Positions 53,381 to 64,000 of a stretch of 64,000 nt of DNA are shown here, in pieces. The notes below the pieces were generated by a model. It was given only the letters and a program-made list of their open reading frames with translations, did no database searches and was not told the DNA's origin. Origin of the DNA: Phoronis australis (Eukaryota > Animalia > Phoronida). Where the stretch lies: positions 1,393,059-1,457,058 of the forward strand of contig NMRA01000035.1 in the NCBI GenBank assembly GCA_002633005.1, read 5' to 3'. The translations under genes were made by a program, and so were the position numbers. Position 1 is the stretch's first letter. The number at the start of each line of letters is the position of its first letter.

Positions 53381-55990
53381 TACAACATGAATGCAAGCAA
53401 ACAAAAGCCTGCCAACCAGACAAGCCACAATCACATATAAAAACCTTCTAGCAGCAATTGTGGTTAAGGTTGGATGAGATTGAAAGGCAGTGGCCCAGAT
53501 CTGTAGCAATGTCAGCAATGAAGAGAAATAGTGTACACATTGATCAATAGAGTAGTGTCGAGATGTTTTTGAAATCTACCGAGTGAATATGCAGGCAGCA
53601 AGTGGATTGTACTCTTTCAAATAGAGACAATGCAAACAAGTCAAAACTTTAATTTCAATTTGGAGAGTTGCAGATCACCAATGCGACAACAGATTTTCTT
53701 TGGCAACGATTCACCATTTGTGAAGGCCAGGATTTTCAGGAGAGCTCAATGCCCATTAAGCATCATGGTAATTATGCCATGCCACATTTGGCGAGCTGAC
53801 ATTAAATGCTACCGTAACCGTCGAGCTCTACTTTTCTTTCATTTCACAAACGAAAATGGCGTCGCTGAGATGTGCCGAAATTACCCAAACGAGAATTTGC
53901 ATATTGCTACATCCTACCGTAGTGTTTGCAATAAGCCAATGAGGGACTGCGCTAGACTTGCCATTGATAAAATGCTCCCGGCTAAGCCAAGGCATTATAG
54001 ATAATGTAGTCTTTCCGATTAAGCCAGTCAGATGCAACCACTCAGGGTGAGTAAATGTACAACTTGTTTGCGAAACCACTCCACAAACGAAACCACTCCA
54101 CAAACGTTCCAAGGATTTGACCCAAATACAAAAGTACAGAGCAACAGCACAACATGACATTCTCAAGCTAGAAGTCACACCTCAGCCTAGGTTATAGTGT
54201 ACACAAAAACAACACTGATAAATATTTATCTTTCAATCACTGTGTCAAGAACTGGATACTGCCAAAAACATACCTTTTCGCCATAGTTTGACGGTGATTA
54301 CAGATAGTCGTTAAAATGTAGGTTCAGCATTGAAGTTTGGCACTGCTAAAAAAGTTGGGACTACATTGCCAAACCTGTGGCCACCCGCAGACTTTTTACA
54401 ACTTGAAATACAGGTGCAAAACTTGTGAGTCATCGCCAATCAGACAAGGTGAGCAGTNNNNNNNNNNNNNNNNNNNNNNNNNNNNNNNNNNNNNNNNNNN
54501 NNNNNNNNNNNNNNNNNNNNNNNNNNNNNNNNNNNNNNNNNNNNNNNNNNNNNNNNNNNNNNNNNNNNNNNNNNNNNNNNNNNNNNNNNNNNNNNNNNNN
54601 NNNNNNNNNNNNNNNNNNNNNNNNNNNNNNNNNNNNNNNNNNNNNNNNNNNNNNNNNNNNNNNNNNNNNNNNNNNNNNNNNNNNNNNNNNNNNNNNNNNN
54701 NNNNNNNNNNNNNNNNNNNNNNNNNNNNNNNNNNNNNNNNNNNNNNNNNNNNNNNNNNNNTACAACATGAATGCAAGCAAACAAAAGCCTGCCAACCAGA
54801 CAAGCCACAATCACATATAAAAACCTTCTAGCAGCAATAGTGGTTAAGGTTGGATGAGATTGAAAGGCAGTGGCCCAGATCTGTAGCAATGTCAGCAATG
54901 AAGAGAAATAGTGTACACATTGATCAATGGAGTAGTGTCAAGATGTTTTTGAAATCTACCGAGTGAATATGCAGGCAGCAAGTGGATTGTACTCTTTCAA
55001 ATAGAGACTATGCAAACAAGTCAACAAAACTTTAATTTCAGTTTGGCGAGTTGCAGATCACCAATGCGACAACAGATTTTCTTTGGCAACGATTCACCAT
55101 TTGTGAAGGCCAGGCCTGCGTTCAGTAGACGCTAGGACCTACGCTAGGACCTAGCTAAAACCTAGTCGAAGACACGTGTTCTAATTTAAAATGCACGGCA
55201 ATATCTCACGTAATCTCGCGAAGTCTTGCTTTTAAGCGAGGTCCTAGCGTTACTGAACAGGCGGCAGGATTTTCAGGAGAGCTCAATGCCCATTTAGCAT
55301 CATGGTAATTATGCCACGCCACATTTGGCTAGCTGACATTAAATGCTAACCATCGAGCTCTATTTTTATTTCATTTCACAAACGAAAATGGTGTCGCTGA
55401 GATGTGCCAAAATTACCCAAACGAGAATTTGCATATTGCTACATCTTACCGTAGTGTTTGCAATAAGCCAATGATGGACTGCGCTAGACTTGCCATTGAT
55501 AAAATGCTCCCGGCTAAGCCAAGGCATTATAGATAATGTAGTCTTTCCGATTAAGCCAGTCAGATGCAACCACTCAGGGTGAGTAAATGTAAAACTTGTT
55601 TGCGAAACCACTCCACAAACGAAACCACTCCACAAACGTTCCAAGGATTTGACCCAAATACAAAAGTACAGAGCAACAGCACAACATGACATTCTCAAGC
55701 TAGAAGTCACACCTCAGCCTAGGTTATAGTGCAAACAAAAACAACACTGATAAATATTTATCTTTCAATCACTGTGTCAAGAACTGGATACTGCTAAAAA
55801 ACATACCTTTTCGCCATAGTTTGACGGTGATTACAGATAGTCGTTAAAATGTAGGTTCAGCATTGAAGTTTGGCACTGCTAAAAAAGTTGGGACTACATT
55901 GCCAAGCCTGTGGCCACCCGCAGACTTTTTACAACTTGAAATACAGGTGCAAAACTTGTGAGTCATCGCCAATCAGACAAGGTGAGCAGT
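53381..55990. repeat. Direct duplication 53381..54457 / 54761..55990 flanking a 303-N gap (54458..54760); likely uncollapsed haplotypes
   Basis: near-identical copies with SNPs, small indels and one MITE insertion. Confidence 0.85.
55114..55264. mobile_element. 151-bp Harbinger-like MITE, present in one duplicate copy only
   Basis: TIR gttcagta(g)acgctaggacct, TSD CAG (55111-13, 55265-67); empty site with single CAG at 53728-53730. Confidence 0.85.
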
Positions 55991-56044
55991 TGGATATGGG
56001 CTAGTTGGCCAAACAGTCAGATTAACCCTTAGCCACAAAACAAG

Positions 56045-56090
56045 CAGACACACACGCACACACGCACACACACAGACAGACAGACACGCA
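56045..56090. repeat. (CA)n/(CAGA)n compound microsatellite
   Basis: directly visible. Confidence 0.75.
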
Positions 56091-59000
56091 GTCTGGCTGG
56101 GTTATTCAAGCTACTAATTGGAAGAGTAGTAAGATTCACATTTATCACCCAGTGTTGCTTCAGTCCAGACAGATTACATAAGAAATAATCACACAGATTA
56201 TTGATGTTTTGACAGGGCCAAGGCCACTTTTGTTAACATGTTAGGAGGTTCCCTGATTAAATACCAAATCAACATTTTCTTAAAAAAACATTTCACAGAC
56301 CACCTACCAAGGGCAAGGATGCTATGATAGGAAAAGAGAAATACAAGACAAGTTCCTAGTATGGACCCCAATTTGGCACATAGACTTTGAAACAAATTGC
56401 ATTCTAAGAATGCTGAGGAATAGTTAAGTTTGTTTAACAGCTTTCAACGCCTCGGTTCTGTTTGAACTTTCAGAGGTGAGAAGCAAAAATATGGCAGTGA
56501 GATCCAGTTTAAGTTCTAAACCTTGAGACTAGTTCATTCCATTCTCTTCTGACTCGTCTTAAAAAAGGTTGCTTAGCAACGATGGCTGGCACTCTCAACA
56601 AGGGCACATAGCGGTCACCTGAACGATGTAATTGTCGTATATTTTTGTTGATGCCGTTTGGTAACACTAGCACTGCCATAAGGTCACTCTCTTCATATAA
56701 TACGCTAGCAACACCTAGTTCATAGGAAGTGCCCAACTGATGCAAACCTTATCCTACAGACTGTACACTAGCCAACAAAGTCCTCAAAGTCGCTGATAGG
56801 ATACTTAGAGCTGTTAAGATGTTGGTAGGCTCCATGTAATTAATGATGTACATTTGCAAAACAGCGCATACCAGAAAGCTGATAGTTTCAACCAAACTGA
56901 CAAAAATAATCGCAAGACACCGAAATTGCAAAGTCACCCCTAACAACCGAAATCTCCTCTTTTCTTGCACACCTTCTTCTTATTCATGTTCTGCGTTCGA
57001 ATAAAGAATTCTTGTGGAGACAGACTGTACATCTGATCGGAACCGCTCTCAAGACGGGTATTCATAAATTTATCCTGCCTGCTGTCTTATGGGTACTGAG
57101 TTATGTGCAAAATGCCAATATTCTGGTAAATCACACTAGATCATAACTGTAGCTTCCTCATGGAAAGCAGGCAGACCAATAATCTGGGAGAGTACTATAG
57201 GACGGCAGATCACGTGTCGGACAGGCGTTTAGATGCACAATTTTTTTCTGAAAGCAGACATCTATCCACCTTCTTATTTAATGCCATGTGAACGTTACAC
57301 AAGTAAAGAAATCTCTGAACTAAAATCTTGTGAAAGTTCAACAACCATCTCCTGAAAAGTTCATCAACCAGAGAAAGTGCTTAGGGGATCTAGACTGACA
57401 CTCCTGTTACCCAATTCCATTAAAATTTGTCAGGCTCTGAGAACTTCACAAATATTCAAGTGCAGCAATCACATGTAACTACCCGGATTGTCCTAAGCAC
57501 CCTCTGATGACTCATACAGTCTACATGATGAGAGATTCACAAATTCATAATCACCAACTGATAACCCTCAATCTTCTGCACGTTTCTCTATTTGGTAGAC
57601 AACACTGGTTGTAGTGATGCTGATTTTACTGTAAACACAGTAAGTGCTTGAAGGGGATTTAAACAGGTTTGAGAAGGAAGACAACTGAACACAATTCCAA
57701 TCCAAGCGATTGGATTCTAAACACAACAATCCCCGTCTCCCCACACTAACCAGAAAATTGTCTAAATGGAATAAAATCCGCTTTTTAATGTATTAAAATT
57801 TCTGAGGCAGCCATCAATTAGTAACAGAACACCAGTTGATGATGTTTACTTAGAAAATAAGTGCCCTAAAAAGCCTTGAAAGAGGCAGACCACAACCATA
57901 GATGGCTCGTGGTTGTGCGGTTTATTCCTAGATAAAAAGTCAATCTTACCACAATACAGCTAACCAAACAGTGATAGGTATATTGGCAGTCATGGCAGAG
58001 ATAACCAGTACTTTTGTACAGCTTGGTTTATTCTGGGGTCTGTAACAATGTTTTCATGTCTGGAGCAAGACCCTGTTCCAGCAACCTTAATCCTTTGACA
58101 TTAATTGCTAATAATCTACATAATATTATCATAGTGGCTGAAACGAGATGTTGGGCATTGGCGTTATCTGTTGCAAACAGTCCTTCTAAATTACATAACA
58201 AATTCAAAGACAAAAAATAACTTAAATGGCAGGAAGCCTGTTCTAAAGGTCAATTAACAGATGACAACACCTGCTTCGCTATCTATCGTACTTGAAAAGT
58301 AACACCTTTCAGTAACGAAACTAAAATCTCCATACAGTATTAGTATCATAATCTCCACTCAGACAGATAAAAATAGTACTCAATACCGACAGGCAGGTAA
58401 GTAAATCTGACCTTTGGGGAAGTTCACTGATAAAGATTTACCTTATGAATTAAAAACATTTGCGAAACCACTGCGACATGAAAAATTTACTTAATGATGC
58501 CGACTGTAACAAAGCCATATTGAGTAAAATGTTCAGAGCAAACTAGGAAAACTAAGGGAAGAGCATGTGGGTGACAATTAGTCTCAAGTGTAATTCATTC
58601 CATGGTATTAACCATATAAACATGGACATCTTCCATTTAGATGTCAGTTTAAGTTCCACCTAACACTGGATGACAAAGTCGCCCACACCTGACAAATCAC
58701 AGTTACTTTGTTCTCAACCTGGCCAGAACAATAGTGTAAGGCGAGATGACAATGGTGGCTGAGATAAGACTGCAGGAGTCATTAGTGGAAATCAATAGGG
58801 AATAAACAACCATGTTGCATACAGGTTACTCAATCAGGTAGCAGAGAACAATGGCATCGTGCTAATGGGTAAACATGGCTACTTACTGCCAACATGCAGT
58901 CAGTTTATGCCACTGGGGCGAAAGCTTTCCCACTCTCCCAGCCTAATTTTGCCAGTACAGTTACAACCTATGAATACTGACATATAGGCTGCAATTGGTC

Positions 59001-62000
59001 AGTTTACTTATAAGAATTAGGTCACTTTAAAATATCTTGACACTGGCAAATTAGAACCATTTTATGATTCAAGACATTGATTTTTAAACCTACTAAAATA
59101 GGTGCCAGCTAACCCAGTCATGGTATTTTTTTTCAATTTCAGTACCTCAACGCCTCTGCACATTACCACTGTTCATGCCTCTACAAGCAATCGGACCCAT
59201 TGTAAACAGATGACATTTTGTGAGGGCTAGACAAATTATGCAACAAATTTCTACTCAATGTGAAAAGCTTTTTACTTGTGAGGGCAGGCAACAATGGAGT
59301 TTAAACTCTAACGGTCATGACAAGTCTTAGTCAAGTCTTAGTCGACAGGAATGCCTTTGAAGCATACAAAGCAAATACACAGAACAGTGTCTCCCAACTT
59401 AACCATTCAAATTTGCTATGTACACCTTAGCAAAAGCATTTGCGAAATCAATCATTTCAAAATCACAACAAAAATGAAACAATATATGCAACATTGCTTC
59501 AAATGTTATTATTTTAAAATTCCAGTTTTACTAGGTCTAAAACATGTCCTCAACTTACTTTATCTGAAAACCCAACTCACTAAAGGCAAACGGTAATAGA
59601 AGAGCCACTAGGTAAACCGTGAAGCTAGTTGAATCTTCTATTTGTTAACAGACACAGAGGTTATTGAAGATTAATGTATGCGTATGGGTCATAGAATTAG
59701 TTATCGCAAGATGGTGCAGGACTATCTTTCAATATAAAGTGTGGTATGGTATATACTGTATGCTCAGACCATAAATAAAATGAAGTGCTTCAATAACCTG
59801 GAGGTATGGAATATTTGGATAAAATGTCAAGTTGTACCATTAGAAAATAAACAGCGACACCTGTCGATAAGTCTGATGACACCATAGTTAACCTTTCATA
59901 CTGCCATACTTTGCCTACGCTCTACAATTAAACACACCTGTGAATTTTAACTTTTGCTCTTAACTTCAAACCAGGCCTGAAGTTAAAATCAACTCACACT
60001 CCATAAAACCTGGATGCCTGTACCTAAGTATGAAAAGCCCTCATGCGGTGCAATTATCACAAACAGATGACTTTGAGAATGACTCACACTGTTGGAGTTA
60101 TTCATTCTACCCAGGTTTCATCACACAGGACAATGAACCACTGCTCAAGCCACTGCTGGTACAAAAGAAAAGTAGTTCCCCATGATTAAACGCTTTGTTA
60201 ACACCAGCAGGAGATCAAAGTGGGCTTCCAGGGTGACATCCACATGAGTGATAACCACTTGGCTACTGTGTGACAGATTAACAGAGGTGACAATTTGAGA
60301 CCAAAGACATGGTAGATTTGTGGCAGATACCCAATGAGCTTAGTTGATAAATGTGAACGGTTGATAACCATGCACAATGGGACAGCGGAGAGTACACAAA
60401 CAAAGAACAATGAGACTAGGGAAACAAATACTGAGATTGCTGAAGTAGACTTCACATTTCAAAAGCACATAAGCATTCCCCAAAGATTTTGGGCTGTTGA
60501 AATCACAGCCAAATGCAGTAGACTCTGTGGGAACCGAGGCCTCCCAGTGTAAAAAACAGATGTTGAGACGAGAGCCAAGCAACCACTATCAAGGCTAATA
60601 AAAACTTAATATTTGTTTGCTATTCACAGAGAAACTCCCGTTCCAAGGTGTCATGGAGTCAAAAGTATGCAGTGACTTGAAACAAAGACATGTGGTGAAT
60701 TGAAAAACACCTGCTGCAACTATGTCCATTCAGTCCTCAGAGTGGACTTGGTTCAATGCAGGTGTCAGAGAGCAGACAGATATGAAGACTTGTTACAACT
60801 AAAAATGTGCATGCGTGTATGAATGCATGTACTTGTTTGGTTGTTTTGTACTTGTTTGGTTGTTTTGTACTTGTTCATCAACGATTATAAATACCTGAAA
60901 ATGATGCTCAGGTAAACTACTTCCGAGACAAACAATAGGAAGTGAAGTGCAACTGCGTGTTGAAAAATCAGGTCAAAGAAGCATCTGCTCTGTAATCCAT
61001 AGACACAACAGCAAACTCACGAAAATGCAAGTATACACAAATCTTCCAGGTCAGCAGTACAATTTACCCATCCCCACAAAGCCAAAACATCTACTTGGGA
61101 CAATACCTTGAAGGCAAAAACACCTAACCCAAACAACACCAGACATCCCAAAGCCAAAATACCAACAACAGATTTGAAAACCAAGAGACCAAACATCCAC
61201 TGCATGTCCCAAGATGTCCCTAGCAATATCCGTGACTGGAGAACTCCAACACCTACAGAACACAGAAAATCAACAATTAAGCCAGCCGAAAAATCCTCAC
61301 CAATCAGAAGCTGATTCTTTGATTTTTCAGCACTGAGACTGTCCTAATGTTGTTCTGATATATATACCAAGAAAGAGAAATAAATCAAAGCAGTTACCAA
61401 TTGTTGAAACCCAACTAGTCCAAAATTGTACAGCTGTGGAAATGATGAACTGACAATGAAAACATTACCATCATCACCACAATCACCCCAGTGTTGCACA
61501 CTGCATTTTCTAAACAACTCCTGACAATTAGTTTAGAACAAAGCAGCAGAACTAGTACAAGTTTATCTCTTCTGAAGAAGAGTCCTCTGTTCTATGCAAG
61601 CTTTGTTTAGTGGCTAACAAGGGGCAACTTCATGTCACGTTTTTACATCTTAATCTCCTTTTCCAATTCAGAGTTCAGCAACCATAGTTACACACCATTT
61701 TTCACTTGCTGAGCACGCTTCAGAACTCAGCAAACAGGGTGCTCGACCACGTTTAGAATATAAAAACACAAGATTTCTGCATGCCCGGGGACCCCTGAGA
61801 CAATCTTACTTATTTTTAACCCGACATAAGCACATCAGCGTTATCGCAAGACGGTGACCTATTTAACCTGACTGTTCCCACAGGGAAGGCTATGAGTCAT
61901 CATGCTGATAATGACACAGGTAGCTGGAGCTGAACACAGGTGAAAATAAATATTCCCCAACAAGACAGGTCTTTTATATTTGTAGCCACAGATGGAAAAT

Positions 62001-64000
62001 TTTTCAGTGTATTCAAAACTATGAGAGCGACACCAAATTCTGTACGGTGCAATTGGAGAAAGCTAACCAGAGGAGAATTAGAAGGTATAACTCAAAGACT
62101 GCATGGTCATTAGACTTGCCTCTTGGATTTGACTGAACAGTCAGTGAGTAAATTGGGTTCCCTCTAACACATATAAAAATGAGAGCAAGCTTCCACTCAG
62201 ATCAAATTAGCTTATCCGTGCTCGCCTTAAGGGAGAGGTGCCTAGCCCATGCTTTCTGATAGGGAATTTCCAACCAAGAGGGAAACAGATCTTTCCTTAA
62301 CATCTGCAGAGATTAGCAAACCAACAAAATTCATCCCACAGCAAACTGCCATTAATTAATTTATCTAAATTTTCTGCAGTAATTGATTTATCTTTTCAAA
62401 ACAGTGCCGAGATAAAGAAAACACACAAAGAAAGAGCATTTTGCTGTTGAAAATTGATTGAGATCTATACACAAGCTCGAATGCCAGTCAGTTGTTTAGA
62501 CCTATATGGTAAACTGCTAAAACCACCTACACACAGTGAGCCAGAGGTAATGGGCATAAGCTCAGCTTGAGTACCCTCCTTGTATGAGTCATAACCACTT
62601 CACACAGCCAATATAGTAATGTATAATAATCACTACAAGACCTAAGCTACAGTGGGTCTTAGATTACATAATGGCTGGTGTTTCTGACAAAATAATACTG
62701 ATTGAGTAACCAAAATGTGACTCACTGTGATTCAAGCTGGTGCAGAAAGGTGAATGCACTTACAACAGTTGGGTGTTCACTGACTGCAGGAAACAGAAAC
62801 TGGTGAGAACTATGATCACAACCGCGGTCCAAATTCAACTCTTCTTTTACGGAGACCAGAAATATGCATAGCACCCTACATTTTTACTCGTTTTTAAAGT
62901 TAGGCCGCCAACATAGGTCTGACCTGACTGATGAAGCAAAGAATAACATTCTTATGTTCAATCTAGCTCAACATTGCTTGACACAGCGCAGCATATAGAT
63001 AGACAGGATTTTCCATTAAAAAAATATCCCCAAACATAAAATCCAGTTCCCTTTTTGAAAATTAGCAATTTCAGTTTTAGCATTTTGAAGCGATAAAAAA
63101 CATGAGCAAGACCTGGGAATTGTCAGACTTTTTCTGCTGAATTATAGATGAACAACTACTTGAATACGTCAGCTGCAAAACAATTGTCCATCGATTTGTG
63201 TCGAGAATTGTTGAATTTGACGGATAACATTCTGATATTTTGTCATTAATACACTTTTGATATCTGCTACAGAAACATGTAAATTTCATTTGAAATGTGT
63301 AATTCCATGAAAGAAGTAAGATTCCATAAATTGGACCCACTTTCCGTTGCCAAGAAAAACAGGGTCTCTAACGGCAATTCCCAGTGAGACAGTAAAAGTT
63401 AAGAAGCATTTAGAATGACAAACGACTATGTCAAAATAATTCCATGTAGAATAGATATTAGCACAGCATCAGGCAATGAGTACCATCGACTGTGTAGTAA
63501 TACCGAAGGATCAAAGTGACACTGTGGCATTTCTGGACACAGCCAATGATAACTGCAGCACAGGTTACAGTGAAGCATGGTTCTTGTTAACCATCCAGAG
63601 AAAGTGAGCAAAATTACCTCACATTAACTCTTAATTGGGTTAGCATGAGGTCAAGCATGGCCAACACAGACCTGTTGGACTTCACTCAACTGCTCCACTA
63701 TCACTGAAATCACCCTCCATTGCAACAGGAACACATAGGAATTTAAAACATCTGGCACAGTCCAGCAAAAGAGAGTGCCATTTTGAGGTTACTAGCAACA
63801 ATGGCATACTTTGAGTACCCACATTACACAGAAGAGCAGTCCAACTGCCAAGCCCAGTCACCGGAATTTGACCTCAAACACCACTTCCACTCATATCACT
63901 ACAGGAAAGTCACTGGGATTATTCCGACTTGACTTACTGGCACCAATGAAGTGTTAAATGATTTGCTTCAGCAACAAGTCACAGGAAAGAATGAAAACAG

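Noticed and set aside
53630-55710. Duplicated 114-124 aa ORFs and X-containing ORFs
   Set aside because: Haplotype duplicates and gap-spanning artefacts; indels between copies disrupt the frames
56796-56804. GTATCCTAT on the minus strand as the missing U12 donor of Lgl
   Set aside because: Upstream sequence does not encode the expected Lgl exon (HGFP...AIGT..G)

Overview
Eukaryotic (animal, AT-rich, invertebrate-like) genomic DNA from a draft assembly with heterozygous overlaps. Two convergent spliced genes were reconstructed by eye. (1) Plus strand: a C17orf75/Njmu-R1 orthologue with 9 exons (1672..12992; first exon not found). It contains a clear AT-AC minor-spliceosome (U12) intron at 4718..5736. 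(2) Minus strand: a lethal(2) giant larvae (Lgl/LLGL) orthologue with 24 in-frame exons (51362..17588; N-terminal exons lie beyond the window). It has the aPKC-site polybasic motif, a long acidic tail, a poly-Lys C-terminus, several candidate alternative 3' exons and a U12-type branch point before its first visible exon. Introns hold several MITE families (Harbinger-like with 3-bp TSDs, hAT-like), a THAP-domain remnant, a Helentron/HINE-like element, a Penelope-type hammerhead-like inverted repeat and simple repeats. Three contig-junction duplications look like uncollapsed haplotypes; one exposes a presence/absence MITE insertion. No prokaryotic-type system, CRISPR array, tRNA or rRNA was seen, and most ORF-track entries are spurious. 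Homology calls come from recalled human protein sequences, not from a database search.
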